Below, piece after piece: positions 18,253 through 28,804 of a DNA stretch of 64,000 nucleotides. Both the position numbers and the translations under genes were made by a program. This stretch comes from a virus: positions 1-64,000 of IMG/VR virus record IMGVR_UViG_3300040801_005040, one strand, 5' to 3'. The first letter of the stretch is position 1; each line of letters begins with the position of its first letter. The notes beneath the pieces are model-generated. The model made no database searches, had not been told where the DNA came from, and saw only the letters and a list, made by a program, of their open reading frames with translations.

Positions 18253-20022
18253 TTATTTTCTAGGATCAAATCTATTTAATACAGCATTTTCAAGTTGTTC
18301 TTTGCTTATAGATTGCCATTCTTGCCCATCTTCACTTATAGCAAATCCTTCTGGAGTAAGCATAATACCTACTTCTTGCTGACCATCTTCTGTTGCCACT
18401 ATAATTTTTTCAGGTATTAATGGAGTTGTTCTAATAGAAGACACTACTTCATTTAAATATCTATATGCTTTTCTAACATTTGGATTACCTCCCATGTCAG
18501 AGTCTTTTCTTGACATATAAATTTGCACTGGGTTTCCGCTTCCATCAAGTAATGTAGAGGCAATAGGTTGATCAAAATCACCCTTCCATTGTCTTTCACT
18601 CTTATTCAAATTTGTATATAACATATTATCCCAATCTACTATACCGTCTGCATTTTGTACTTCTTTTACTTTTGTGGGATCAAGATTTAATGATTTAAGA
18701 AGTTCTCTTTTGCTATTGTAAAATTTACCGTTAGCCATAAACTTAGTTCCCGGAGCATTAAATCTTTTATTGACAGCATCTTTCCATTTGCCCTCGTCTT
18801 TGCTTACGCCTTCTGCTATACTACCTAAAGGCATTGATGATACATCTATAATATTAACACTTCTCGTACCTGCAAAAGGAGCTACTGCTGAGAGATATTC
18901 ATGTAATTTTTTTCTATCTTCAATATTATTAATATCAAAATCTGAACCTATTACTTTTTTACCTTGCTCTTGCCATATTTCTTTTTGCGCTTCAGTAACT
19001 CCAAATTCTTGCCAATGTTCAAAAGATACTGTATTTCCTCCGGGCTGTCCAGGATGTCCTGCTTTACCCAAAGCTTGTATAAGACTTGGTTTTCTTGCAG
19101 GATGTACTAGTACATCTATATTGGAATAAATATCATTAACACCGCTAATTTTACCTTCTAAGGAATTAAAGGACAAGGCTTCATTTCCTTGACCTCCTCT
19201 AGCCCATTCTGGTTGGTATTTAAAATCCTGAATTCTCTTATATTCGTTTTGCCTGAACAATGGGGTAACACCCTGAATGCTATTCATAAGTTCTTTTGCA
19301 GGATCAAATCCAGGATCAACTTGACTTCTTGAAATAAGATAATCTCGTATCTCAGAATCAGTAGCTGCAGCTTGAGCAAGGGCAGACATAATTACATCAT
19401 CGGGAAGTTGTTTGGTACTTTGACCATTTTTCCACCACATTCCTGAATCTTCGTCAAGTGTCCATCCGAAAGTTTCCTGAACTATGGGTTTTATTTTAGA
19501 CCCATACTCTACAAGCTTTTTGTTTATGTCAACGGTATTATATCCTGTATATGGATTATAGTTATACCCTTCTGCTACACCTCCAGTTTGGTCATACCTT
19601 GCTTTTGCATAAGCTATCTGACGCATTTGATCTTGAGGGTCAGCTTTAGAATTACTCATTATATCCTTGACATTCTGTTGGTAGGCTGCATAATTAGACG
19701 CAGCTTTTCCTCCAATACCAGAAGGGGATAGAAATTCCTGTTTCTTTCTCTTCAATTCAAGCATTTTGCGCACAGCACCTCTTGAGATACCTTTTGAGGC
19801 TAACTCATCTTCTATACCAGTAAGTCCTTCTTTTATCTCAGTTACTCCTTGTTCTACAATTGCACTATCCGTATCAAGATAAGGAGTGTCAAACATCCCT
19901 TCTTGCATGGCTGTCATTTGCAATTGATCATGGCGCTGTTGCTTTGCAAGTGGCACCATCATTATTTCCTCTAATGAAAGAGGGTTGAAACTGGCAGGAG
20001 TGAGATTGGTATACCTGTTCAT
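18253..20022 (-). CDS. cargo/ejection protein
   Basis: 589 aa; MNRY...FNPLSLEE...PL start typical of the crAss gene between cargo 1 and the giant proteins. Confidence 0.7.
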   Translation of the reverse strand: MNRYTNLTPASFNPLSLEEIMMVPLAKQQRHDQLQMTAMQEGMFDTPYLDTDSAIVEQGVTEIKEGLTGIEDELASKGISRGAVRKMLELKRKKQEFLSPSGIGGKAASNYAAYQQNVKDIMSNSKADPQDQMRQIAYAKARYDQTGGVAEGYNYNPYTGYNTVDINKKLVEYGSKIKPIVQETFGWTLDEDSGMWWKNGQSTKQLPDDVIMSALAQAAATDSEIRDYLISRSQVDPGFDPAKELMNSIQGVTPLFRQNEYKRIQDFKYQPEWARGGQGNEALSFNSLEGKISGVNDIYSNIDVLVHPARKPSLIQALGKAGHPGQPGGNTVSFEHWQEFGVTEAQKEIWQEQGKKVIGSDFDINNIEDRKKLHEYLSAVAPFAGTRSVNIIDVSSMPLGSIAEGVSKDEGKWKDAVNKRFNAPGTKFMANGKFYNSKRELLKSLNLDPTKVKEVQNADGIVDWDNMLYTNLNKSERQWKGDFDQPIASTLLDGSGNPVQIYMSRKDSDMGGNPNVRKAYRYLNEVVSSIRTTPLIPEKIIVATEDGQQEVGIMLTPEGFAISEDGQEWQSISKEQLENAVLNRFDPRK

Positions 20023-22736
20023 TTTGCTTTACTTTTTTCTTTGCCTTGATTTTCTTCCATGAATTTCCCTAACCAATCATAATACAGACCCATCATTTCA
20101 GGATATTTTTTCCTCTGGTTTTCCAGTCCAATATTACCAATATCCTGACCTATCTGAGAAAGGAACCTTGATCTGTTCATATCATATGCAGCTTTATTGC
20201 GTTGGTTGATATCCATTTCAAGATTTCCTTGTTGCGCATTAAATTGCTGGTTACGCTGGTCAAACTGTTGTGCCATATTATCCTGACCAATATTAAATTG
20301 TTTGGCACCAAGCAAGCCAGCAGTCCTGCCCTTCATTGAATTGAGGTGTGCAGCAAGCAAGTTACTCCTGAGTGCTCCTACATCCCCTCCCGAAGCCTCT
20401 GTTAAAGCCCTTCTGGTTGCACTTTCCTGTTCTTTGATGGGATTTAATACAGATTCCTGATCAATATAGTTAGGTTTAAACTTGCTGTTAATACGGGAAA
20501 GCCTTTCATAGCTTGGCTTATTCATATTCAAATACTGCAAGAGGTTAGTAGCTGCAGGAGCAAAACGCATTGCTGTATTTGCAGTATTTCCAATTGCACT
20601 TTTGTTTTCATTCCACCAATCTTTCCTTTCAGCTTGTTTAATTTCTTTATCACTAAATTGCCTCATGTTTGAGTTTCCAGTAAACTCTGCAGCTTTTATA
20701 TCTTCAGGTAAATTATACCCTCCAAGTACAGGATCATTAAGCAAGTTCCATTTGGGATCAACTTTTGACAAAGGTTCTCTTTTAGTGCCTGAAGTACCTG
20801 CAGTAGTCCTGGATTGAGCTAAATTGCTTGGTTCAGCAAATGGTGTAGAGCTAGATTGATTATAGCTTAGGGGTGGCCCGATAAAATTTCCAGTCAAATA
20901 AGGAGAAAGTTCTTGGTTTGTCCTTAAATGTTCAGGTACAGTTGGATATTGAGGTCCTTGCATTGGTCCAGTAGGAATAACAGGAGAAGGGGGAGTTCTC
21001 CTTATAGGCTCTTCTTGTTCTCTAGCAAAACCTCCCCATTGCATTTTTTTAGGGCCTTGCATTGGAACTGTATCACCTGTTTTTAAGTGCTCTGGTATAA
21101 GTTCTCTATACCTATTATTTCTTGCAAATTCTAAAGATTCTAACATTTCTCTAAGAGTAGCATCCATTTCACCTACTCTATTCCATGCAGAATTTGCATC
21201 TTTTAATCCAGTAGTTTTAAATAAATCTAATCCTTCCTTTGCAAGCATATCTCTTTTATACTTGAGATGAAAAGCCTGTTCTTTTAAACTTGAAGTGTCT
21301 TTAGGAAATACTATTTTATCAGGTATTCTGTTTCCCCCTTCCTGATATTTTTTCTTGCCTCCGTAAGCCATATTCATTGTATTTTCGTCAAGATATGCAT
21401 TATTCATCTTAAACATATTGACTCTATTAGCTTCTTCTATTTCTTTCTTTTGTTTGTTTGCACCTATCAATCCTGTTACTCCACCTATAACTGCTCCTCC
21501 CAGTGCTCCAATAGGGCCAAGTGCAGTTCCTGCAAGTGCTCCTTTAAGCGCTGAGCTTCCAGCAGCCATTCCTTTATCAACTTGCATTCCCACTGCTTGG
21601 GGTCCCTGAACTTTAGGTTTACCAAATGCCTGCATACCAAGCTCAAGAGCTGTTGTTCCAACACCTAATCCTCTAGCAAGATTCATTCCTCCTAATCCAG
21701 CTCCAGAACGTTTTAAACTATTGCTTAAGTTCAAAATATTAGAAGGATCTCCACTAAGCCATCCTCCTAGTTGCATTTGAGCATTAAGCAAAGTAGAAGG
21801 ATCAGGATTTTGATTATATTCCTGTGTAGAGGGCCCTCCCCTTTCTATACGTTTTTGTTCTGCAGCAGCTTTAGCTCTTTCCTTTTCTTCATTCCATTGC
21901 TGTTGTACAGACATATCAGTTTTAGCACCCTGATCAGTTCTGACTTTTGCAAGCCTGTCCATATAATCAGCCCAAGAGAGATTCTTTTTCCAAACTCCCT
22001 TTATGGGAAGTCCTGCTTTTTTAAGTTCTGTTTCACTGGGACCAAACCTTGCAGACCAGACATAGTTTTTATCCATTGCCTCATTGCCTTCAAGAAGGTC
22101 TTTGCCTACAGGAATACCACCTTGGGGATGTTGTTCATGTGTAGGCCCTTTTAAATATGTAAGTAAGTCATTATCCATGTCTGTATTGTTTTTTGATCCT
22201 CCTTCTTGTTTATAGTGTTCAACTATGGGTTTATATTTAGGTAGCTGGCGTACAGAGTCAAATTCTTTGTTAAATGCTTTATCTAATCCAAGTATCTTTT
22301 TTACATAATCACTGGTTTCTTTGGGTGCAGATTCCAGCCAATCCATAGACTTGTAAATATCCTGCCCCGAATGTTTTGCTTTCATTAGGTGTTTTACAAG
22401 ATTTCCCCTGCCCCAATTATAAGCAGCAAATGCTTTTGCCTGTCTTACTTGTTCTGATTGATTGGGTTTATTGACAAAACTGGCATTATAAAGATTGTTC
22501 ATGTACCATTCTTGAATCTTTCTTGCAGATTCTGGTTCATGAGGATCAAACTCTTTTAGATTATGGGCTTTTTTATAGTCATTTATGACAGCGTCACCTA
22601 CTTGCGCTAAGCCTTTGTAGCCTAAACGATTGGTAACCTTTGGCCTAAAAGAAGATTCTTTCCAGGCTTGCCTAAGAAGCATTTGAGGAGTAATTCCTCT
22701 GGAACCTCCTTCCTGATATTTCTTTTTAATTGCCAT
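20019..22736 (-). CDS. cargo protein 1-like protein with N-terminal lytic transglycosylase (SLT) domain
   Basis: QAWKESSF (catalytic Glu), GLAQV, AAYNWGRGN, ETSDYVKKI; GPTHE..GGIP..LEGNE motif; glycine-zipper helix; Q/N-rich C-terminus. Confidence 0.8.
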   Translation of the reverse strand: MAIKKKYQEGGSRGITPQMLLRQAWKESSFRPKVTNRLGYKGLAQVGDAVINDYKKAHNLKEFDPHEPESARKIQEWYMNNLYNASFVNKPNQSEQVRQAKAFAAYNWGRGNLVKHLMKAKHSGQDIYKSMDWLESAPKETSDYVKKILGLDKAFNKEFDSVRQLPKYKPIVEHYKQEGGSKNNTDMDNDLLTYLKGPTHEQHPQGGIPVGKDLLEGNEAMDKNYVWSARFGPSETELKKAGLPIKGVWKKNLSWADYMDRLAKVRTDQGAKTDMSVQQQWNEEKERAKAAAEQKRIERGGPSTQEYNQNPDPSTLLNAQMQLGGWLSGDPSNILNLSNSLKRSGAGLGGMNLARGLGVGTTALELGMQAFGKPKVQGPQAVGMQVDKGMAAGSSALKGALAGTALGPIGALGGAVIGGVTGLIGANKQKKEIEEANRVNMFKMNNAYLDENTMNMAYGGKKKYQEGGNRIPDKIVFPKDTSSLKEQAFHLKYKRDMLAKEGLDLFKTTGLKDANSAWNRVGEMDATLREMLESLEFARNNRYRELIPEHLKTGDTVPMQGPKKMQWGGFAREQEEPIRRTPPSPVIPTGPMQGPQYPTVPEHLRTNQELSPYLTGNFIGPPLSYNQSSSTPFAEPSNLAQSRTTAGTSGTKREPLSKVDPKWNLLNDPVLGGYNLPEDIKAAEFTGNSNMRQFSDKEIKQAERKDWWNENKSAIGNTANTAMRFAPAATNLLQYLNMNKPSYERLSRINSKFKPNYIDQESVLNPIKEQESATRRALTEASGGDVGALRSNLLAAHLNSMKGRTAGLLGAKQFNIGQDNMAQQFDQRNQQFNAQQGNLEMDINQRNKAAYDMNRSRFLSQIGQDIGNIGLENQRKKYPEMMGLYYDWLGKFMEENQGKEKSKAK

Positions 22737-22743
22737 ATACTCA

Positions 22744-22774
22744 CAAATGTAACTATTGTTAAGCTGTATTACAA
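22744..22774 (-). promoter_or_regulatory. Bacteroidota sigma-A-type promoter (-33 TTG, N20, -7 TACATTTG) for the cargo/vRNAP operon
   Basis: Matches TTG-N19/21-TAnnTTTG in the short intergenic gap just upstream of the ATG at 22736. Confidence 0.7.
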
Positions 22775-22790
22775 GGTGATTATAAGCTCA

Positions 22791-25700
22791 TTATGGGTAG
22801 ACAGTATAGTAGAATACGATGTTATGTATAACATGTTCTAAGTTATCTGGCTGCTCTCCTGATAGCTTAACTTTAATCCATTGACCACGCATCCTATCCA
22901 TTATTTGCTGCTGATCCCTTGGTATTTGAATTCTCCACATCCTGAATTTACGTCTTGCGCTGTCATTAGTGAGAATTACTTTACCAGTATCCTGATACTC
23001 ATTATATGCATGTATGTGAGAGAATGTAGTATTGGGCTGGTCTGTTCCATTTAAATAACATTCTCCTTTGTATTCTATATTATTAAATACACAGTCCCTT
23101 TCCTGAGGATTAACCTCAAAGACTACGTACCAGGGATATTTAACATCATAAAAAGTATTCCATGTAGCAAGGGAACTATCAGAGTTTTGAAGCCATATTT
23201 CTTTTGAATTTGTCTGTGCTGTGAATAGATGCTTTCCTTTATTGATATAAAATGCAGGAGTATAAGAATGGAAGGAAACAAAACTGTTTGTCTTTTCATT
23301 AAAGCTTATAGTCCAATCTTTACCTGTTTGCAAAAGGGTTAAATATACTGTATTAGTTGAGATATCATATCCACCTGTTGCCCCTTTGCCTATAATTGGA
23401 TTATCCATTGCAATGAAGTTAAACAGTATGTTTTGGTTAGATCTGATAAAGCTATTCATACCATAGGTATCAAATAAGTCTATCAGGGAATTACCACTGA
23501 ATCTCATCCATGTCCTGTTGTAGAGATCAAAGTAATAGAATCCTGTTTGAGAGTCAATGAGAGACCACTTATTAATAGTACCACTTTTGGTAGTCAGATA
23601 ATTGTAATCACTTAATACAGCTCCAGTGCCAAGCTCTGTTGGGATACCATCCTCTGCAGATACAGTAACCCTCGGATTGATGCTGATAAGGGCTACAGCT
23701 TCTTCCTGGAGGGTGTAAATGTTATCCCGATGGTTTATGGTTGCCCTGATGGGCCCATATTTTCCATCAAGATCCATTGTTTCATTTACCTGAGTATCTG
23801 TCCAACTGTCAATTGTTTCATTTGGTATTTTGACTTTACTGGACTGTATCCTTGTGTCAAACTCTTCCACAGGCCTTAAGTTATAGTCAAGGTCTGTAGT
23901 TGTAATTAAGTCTCCTTTTTGAGAATAGACAGTGTTATATTTATGATATTCATTGTATGTAGGCTGAAACTTAGAGTCCCAGGCAGACGTAGAAATGTCA
24001 TTCCTGTTCTTAAGGTCAACTGTAGTTTCTACTGGAAATTCTACAATCTCAGTGTATTGTACATTTCCAACAGCAAGGGCATCATCATTGCCAGGAGAAA
24101 GACGGGCAAACCTGAAATTACCAACATAAGTATCTCCAGCATTATCTATTTGCACTTCGTCAGGACCAGTTGGAGAAAAGGGAGTATAGGGCCCAATAGT
24201 CCTGTAGGAAGTCCTCTTTTTTGCTTCATAACTAAAGCCTCCATAGATACCCCCAACATATTTAAAGCTTGAACCCCTTCTGAATTCTGCCAATAAAGTA
24301 CTTTCACCATCTGATGTTGCAGCGCTAATACCTGTTTCAGTCCATAATGTAAGCCAATTTGGAAATCTACTTGCATCAGTAGAAGTGCTATCAAGAGCAA
24401 ATACAATACTTTTAGCCCCTTCGCAATTTACATTTATAACAGCTCTATTTGCTATTCCATCATTACCAAATTCATTTTCTGAATCACTTAATAATCCGTA
24501 AAGATTATTTTTATACTGGAATCTTGAATCATTATTGTATATAGTGGTTCCTTGTCCTTTTTCAACTATTTCTGGTGCTCCTAAAATAGATTTTATTGAA
24601 TTTGATACTCTTGGAATATAAGTTCCAAATTTTCTGTAAAACTGATTAAATGAAACTCTTTTATCAGGATCAGTGCCATTTGGATCATTTATGAGTCCTC
24701 TATCACAAAGATTTGTTATACTACCTTTTATTGGCCTTCTTGTAACTCCAGTAGCTTCTGGATGTACCCCATTTTCAATTTTACCTTCTGCTTTAACTTG
24801 TTTTGTTTCAATTTCAATTTCTTTGAGCCAAGAATAATTTTCAGTGTTTTTTACTGCTCCTAATACATGTAGTTTAACACCTTCAGATATATTTACATCA
24901 TCAAATATTATGTCAGGCCCCCACATTTGCATAAATGTAGTGACCTGCCAAGTATCAGCTTGTTTGCCAGATCCTTTGTCTCCTTCATCATCAAATTGAA
25001 TTTCTGTAAGAGGGTTATTTGTTTCACCTGCATCTCTAAACTGTAAGGATTGAAAGGAACTTACTGGTTTAATTGGAGCAAGCGAAGGAACCTCTTTTCT
25101 AAGCCTAACAAAAGCATCTGGTAGTTTTGTTTCTGAATTTGTCTTTTCTCTTTTTTCTGTTTCTGATAATTGTACTGTACTGGGTGTATTAATAATAGTT
25201 CCTGTAATTATCCCTTGAGCAACAGCTAACTTATCAGCTGCAGTTCTTTCTGCAAGGAGAATTTCAAATCCTACAGGCCTGTCATCTTCAGATTCCCAGT
25301 TAGCATCATCATTAATGTAGTCTTTAAAATCTTGATTAAGGGTTACTTTGAGAGTGTTATAATTCCCTTCAAGATTTCCCTCTGGTGTTACGAAATCAGC
25401 AATCCACTTAGGAAGGGATCTTTGACCACGATGATTGTAAAACCTGATAGCTATCCTATAAAGCTCATTGTCTTTCAAGAATCTATATTCTGAAGGACTT
25501 TCGCTGAGCTGAGCTGCAGTTCTTTGAAGTATTTGATACTTTATATATTTCCCTTCTCCTCCAAGAGTTAAACCATCTTGCTGGAATTTATAAATATCAT
25601 AATCAAAGTTAATTGCATCTGCCCTTGTACCAACAGCCCATTTTATAGAGTCAGGATTTGTATAACTAATAGTCCTTATAGCATTATTTGAAGAAGAAGG

Positions 25701-26897
25701 TTTACTATCTGAACTATCAGGATTTTCAAGGGTTACAGGTGTATTTACTATTCTATAGCTTCGTATGGAACTCCAGGAATAAGCCCTCATATCCAGTTCA
25801 TCTGGAAGAAGAAAGTTCTTTTGTTTTATATTAAAAAAGAACATTCTTGAATCTTTGATTTCTATGTGTTGTGGTACAATGGGGTCTGAACCAAGAAATG
25901 CAAATTCATCAATACCGATAGTAGAAATAATGGAACCATCATCATATATTGTAAGAGAAGGATCATTACCTATTTCTCTATCAGCAATAAGACTTACTGA
26001 GGGCTGTTCATTAAGGGAAGTATATTTGATAGCATATACTTTAATACTGTCATATCTTGTATCAATGTCATTTATTTGAACTACGGGAGTTGCTCCCACT
26101 ACTTCATTGACATCACCTCCCCCATTAGTTTTTGCAAGGGGTTTTATTTCTGATAAAGGTCCAAATTTAGTTTGAGCACTGTTAAGACGATACAGGTTGT
26201 AAGCATACTGTATCATTCCCGCAGTATGTTTTCCTCCTGTTAGTATCTGGGTTATGACTGGTTGAGAAAAAGATACAGTTCCAACCATGTCCAATGCTTC
26301 AATGGCAATATTAATTGGACTATCCTTTTCTCGTAAATTAAGAGACCTTACTTGTTCTTGTCCATCTACCCAATATACTTTTTCAATGTTTTCATTTTCA
26401 TAATTATAGAGTACCTGGAGAGGCTTTTCAGCAGAGAACCCCAAATTTCTTACGTAAAGAAGGTTTGCAGTGTAGGTTTCATTAAGAATTCCAGTAACTT
26501 CCCAAATACAATCCATTCCTGATGTTGTAGTGGAAAGGTCTTTAGAGGTGGTAAATACAATGAGGGACCTTCTGGCAGCTACCATTGCAACTATTTTATG
26601 GGAGCTTGCAAAAGAAGAAAGGGCTCCAGAGGATAGTTGCTCTGCAATACCAGAAGAGGGTTGATAAGAAATGCGGGTTTTTCCACCGTTATATGTTATC
26701 AAGCTTGAAGTGATAGTAACAGCAGGAAAATTGATAACCTGTTGATTACCTTTTTCATTTGTAAGTACTGCAGAGGATTGTTTTTCATCAGCAGTAACCC
26801 TAACATTTAATGCATCCCAATAAAATTCCTGAGGATGTTTGCTTTTAGCAACATCCCTCATCATCCCATTGTATGCAAACTGCATTGATTTAACCAT
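22791..26897 (-). CDS. tail muzzle/stabilisation protein (P22 gp10-like)
   Basis: 1368 aa; GMMRD..KSK, NEKGN, YWVDG..Q.RSLN, DLDGKYGPI, F.SFHSY.P, RKFRMWR.QIPRD..DRMRG.W motifs typical of crAss muzzle proteins. Confidence 0.88.
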   Translation of the reverse strand: MVKSMQFAYNGMMRDVAKSKHPQEFYWDALNVRVTADEKQSSAVLTNEKGNQQVINFPAVTITSSLITYNGGKTRISYQPSSGIAEQLSSGALSSFASSHKIVAMVAARRSLIVFTTSKDLSTTTSGMDCIWEVTGILNETYTANLLYVRNLGFSAEKPLQVLYNYENENIEKVYWVDGQEQVRSLNLREKDSPINIAIEALDMVGTVSFSQPVITQILTGGKHTAGMIQYAYNLYRLNSAQTKFGPLSEIKPLAKTNGGGDVNEVVGATPVVQINDIDTRYDSIKVYAIKYTSLNEQPSVSLIADREIGNDPSLTIYDDGSIISTIGIDEFAFLGSDPIVPQHIEIKDSRMFFFNIKQKNFLLPDELDMRAYSWSSIRSYRIVNTPVTLENPDSSDSKPSSSNNAIRTISYTNPDSIKWAVGTRADAINFDYDIYKFQQDGLTLGGEGKYIKYQILQRTAAQLSESPSEYRFLKDNELYRIAIRFYNHRGQRSLPKWIADFVTPEGNLEGNYNTLKVTLNQDFKDYINDDANWESEDDRPVGFEILLAERTAADKLAVAQGIITGTIINTPSTVQLSETEKREKTNSETKLPDAFVRLRKEVPSLAPIKPVSSFQSLQFRDAGETNNPLTEIQFDDEGDKGSGKQADTWQVTTFMQMWGPDIIFDDVNISEGVKLHVLGAVKNTENYSWLKEIEIETKQVKAEGKIENGVHPEATGVTRRPIKGSITNLCDRGLINDPNGTDPDKRVSFNQFYRKFGTYIPRVSNSIKSILGAPEIVEKGQGTTIYNNDSRFQYKNNLYGLLSDSENEFGNDGIANRAVINVNCEGAKSIVFALDSTSTDASRFPNWLTLWTETGISAATSDGESTLLAEFRRGSSFKYVGGIYGGFSYEAKKRTSYRTIGPYTPFSPTGPDEVQIDNAGDTYVGNFRFARLSPGNDDALAVGNVQYTEIVEFPVETTVDLKNRNDISTSAWDSKFQPTYNEYHKYNTVYSQKGDLITTTDLDYNLRPVEEFDTRIQSSKVKIPNETIDSWTDTQVNETMDLDGKYGPIRATINHRDNIYTLQEEAVALISINPRVTVSAEDGIPTELGTGAVLSDYNYLTTKSGTINKWSLIDSQTGFYYFDLYNRTWMRFSGNSLIDLFDTYGMNSFIRSNQNILFNFIAMDNPIIGKGATGGYDISTNTVYLTLLQTGKDWTISFNEKTNSFVSFHSYTPAFYINKGKHLFTAQTNSKEIWLQNSDSSLATWNTFYDVKYPWYVVFEVNPQERDCVFNNIEYKGECYLNGTDQPNTTFSHIHAYNEYQDTGKVILTNDSARRKFRMWRIQIPRDQQQIMDRMRGQWIKVKLSGEQPDNLEHVIHNIVFYYTVYP

Positions 26898-27615
26898 AAC
26901 GCTGATTTACTAAAAATTGTTTAACTCCAAGATCAGCAAATAAATTATCATAATGATCCTCATTGTCAAAAAACTTGTTCATTGAGTTAGCAAGTGCTCT
27001 ATACTGATCATAATTTAAGTCATTCATTGCTGACTGTGCTTTGCCTATATACCAGCAATATTCCTGATCTTCCAGATCCATATGTTTATTTACTACAGGA
27101 TCATCAGAAGCAAGATCTTTAAGATACTGATGCTTAACATAAGCTGTTACAGCTTTAATTGTATTTACTTCATCTGGTATCATAATAACCCCATCTTCAT
27201 TTACCATGAGACCAGTATAAACCATAAAAAGATGTCCCTCTTCAAAACTGGTATTGATATAGTTATTGCTTAAGCTATAGGTATAATCGGAGTTAACGTG
27301 TAAATCAGGACTGCCTGTGCAATGTCTTACTGAGGTAAGGGATGAGGTTGCATACCTCATATTTATAATATAAGAAAGAGTACTGTCTGTTTTTCCCGTT
27401 GCTATCACTCTTTCAAAATTATCAGGGAGCTTTGCTCTGTAATTTTCAATTTTAGTAAAGAAAGGACAAGGGACTTCAGCTTTTTCATTATTGAGAAGCC
27501 TGTATACATCTACTGCATAATCAATTGCAGTTTCATAAGACATTTCTTTATAAAGGTTCCCTCTTTTGATCCTGTCAATTATTTGATTCAGATCAATGAA
27601 TTTTGTATTGAACAT
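26890..27615 (-). CDS. tail ring/tubular protein (P22 gp4-like)
   Basis: IENYRAKLP, YI.TSFEEG, DG..MIPD, QEYCWY.GKA motifs; directly upstream of the muzzle gene. Confidence 0.8.
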   Translation of the reverse strand: MFNTKFIDLNQIIDRIKRGNLYKEMSYETAIDYAVDVYRLLNNEKAEVPCPFFTKIENYRAKLPDNFERVIATGKTDSTLSYIINMRYATSSLTSVRHCTGSPDLHVNSDYTYSLSNNYINTSFEEGHLFMVYTGLMVNEDGVIMIPDEVNTIKAVTAYVKHQYLKDLASDDPVVNKHMDLEDQEYCWYIGKAQSAMNDLNYDQYRALANSMNKFFDNEDHYDNLFADLGVKQFLVNQRYG

Positions 27616-27618
27616 CTT

Positions 27619-28143
27619 TTATTTATTATCAAACAGGAGAAACGCATCCAGTTTTCCTGACATTATACTGTTATACATGTTTCTGGCCATTTCCCTATTA
27701 ACCTGCATCTTGTAATATTGCTTGTTTTTATAGTTTGCGTGGCGCTTGATGTAGTATGGATGAAATACGTATCCATCTGTGTGCTCATTCGTATACCTTA
27801 TCTTGATCTTTTTATCCTTTGCTTTGGGGTTTTCAGCCCAAAGTTTTTTAGTTGCCTGCCAGTTAATGGGAAGTTTATTAATAATCTTTCCATTTTCATC
27901 AACTTCAAGCTCTCTTTTTATTTTACGTATTTCAATTTTTCCGCATTGTTCTGGTAATTTAAAAGAATGTCCTGTAGCTGACGTTATCTCTTGGTTCATC
28001 TTAAGGAAATCCTTTAATACCTGTCTGAATATCTTATCACTTACAGGCGCTTCTGTGTTTTTGGAATACCATCTTGCATAGTCTCCCATTCCATACTGGC
28101 ATTTAATCTTGTGATCCCTCTTATCTATTTGACTCGTCTGCAT
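27619..28143 (-). CDS. IHF/HU-like DNA-binding protein conserved in crAss-like phages
   Basis: FKLP..CGKIEIRK, PINWQATKKLW, YTNEHTDGY motifs; synteny. Confidence 0.75.
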   Translation of the reverse strand: MQTSQIDKRDHKIKCQYGMGDYARWYSKNTEAPVSDKIFRQVLKDFLKMNQEITSATGHSFKLPEQCGKIEIRKIKRELEVDENGKIINKLPINWQATKKLWAENPKAKDKKIKIRYTNEHTDGYVFHPYYIKRHANYKNKQYYKMQVNREMARNMYNSIMSGKLDAFLLFDNK

Positions 28144-28798
28144 TGTTTATCTTGTCTTCAGGTATTTTAAGAGTGGCTCCCAGCTCTTGTACTATTAGAT
28201 TGACAGTATCACTCACAATATAAGGTTCTATAGGATACTCTGCATCCATGTAATCACATAAGGCTTCATCTTCTTTTATGCAAGATTGCATGTGGGCTTT
28301 CTCTGGATTAGAAAACACTCCTATTAGTTTAACTGACTCTAAAAGAGTAGGAGAATCTGCAGTTTTAAGATAAAGATAATTATCAGCATCCAATGCTGCG
28401 TATATAATGCCTTTCAGATACTTATTATATCCTATGTTTGGCATCCTTTCCATTGAGATAATGGAAACATGTTGTTCTAAAATGCTGGGTACACGTATTG
28501 AAATTATGGAACTTCTACCCCCTATTTCCATCATTCCTGGAATAGGTAATGTTGATTTTACTACTTTATGATACTCATCACAAAGTCCTTCTACATCACT
28601 TATTTTTTCAAGAGAAACACATATGATTTGTTTTACTTCTTCAGGTATGTTCCTTGAAGTTTTAGCAAACCTTTGTTTAAGAAGAAGTGCTCTTTTTACA
28701 TTTATCAAATGATAAAGATATTCATCTGTAATGTCAATGTCATCAGTGCTAAACTTTAGCTTTTCTCTGACATCATATATTATTTCTCTTGCTGTCAT
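28121..28798 (-). CDS. tail ring protein
   Basis: MT..EIIY.V.E.LK...DD, RA.LLKQ, QIICVSLE, PEDK.NNA.E motifs; synteny. Confidence 0.75.
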   Translation of the reverse strand: MTAREIIYDVREKLKFSTDDIDITDEYLYHLINVKRALLLKQRFAKTSRNIPEEVKQIICVSLEKISDVEGLCDEYHKVVKSTLPIPGMMEIGGRSSIISIRVPSILEQHVSIISMERMPNIGYNKYLKGIIYAALDADNYLYLKTADSPTLLESVKLIGVFSNPEKAHMQSCIKEDEALCDYMDAEYPIEPYIVSDTVNLIVQELGATLKIPEDKINNADESNR

Positions 28799-28804
28799 AA
28801 CCTC

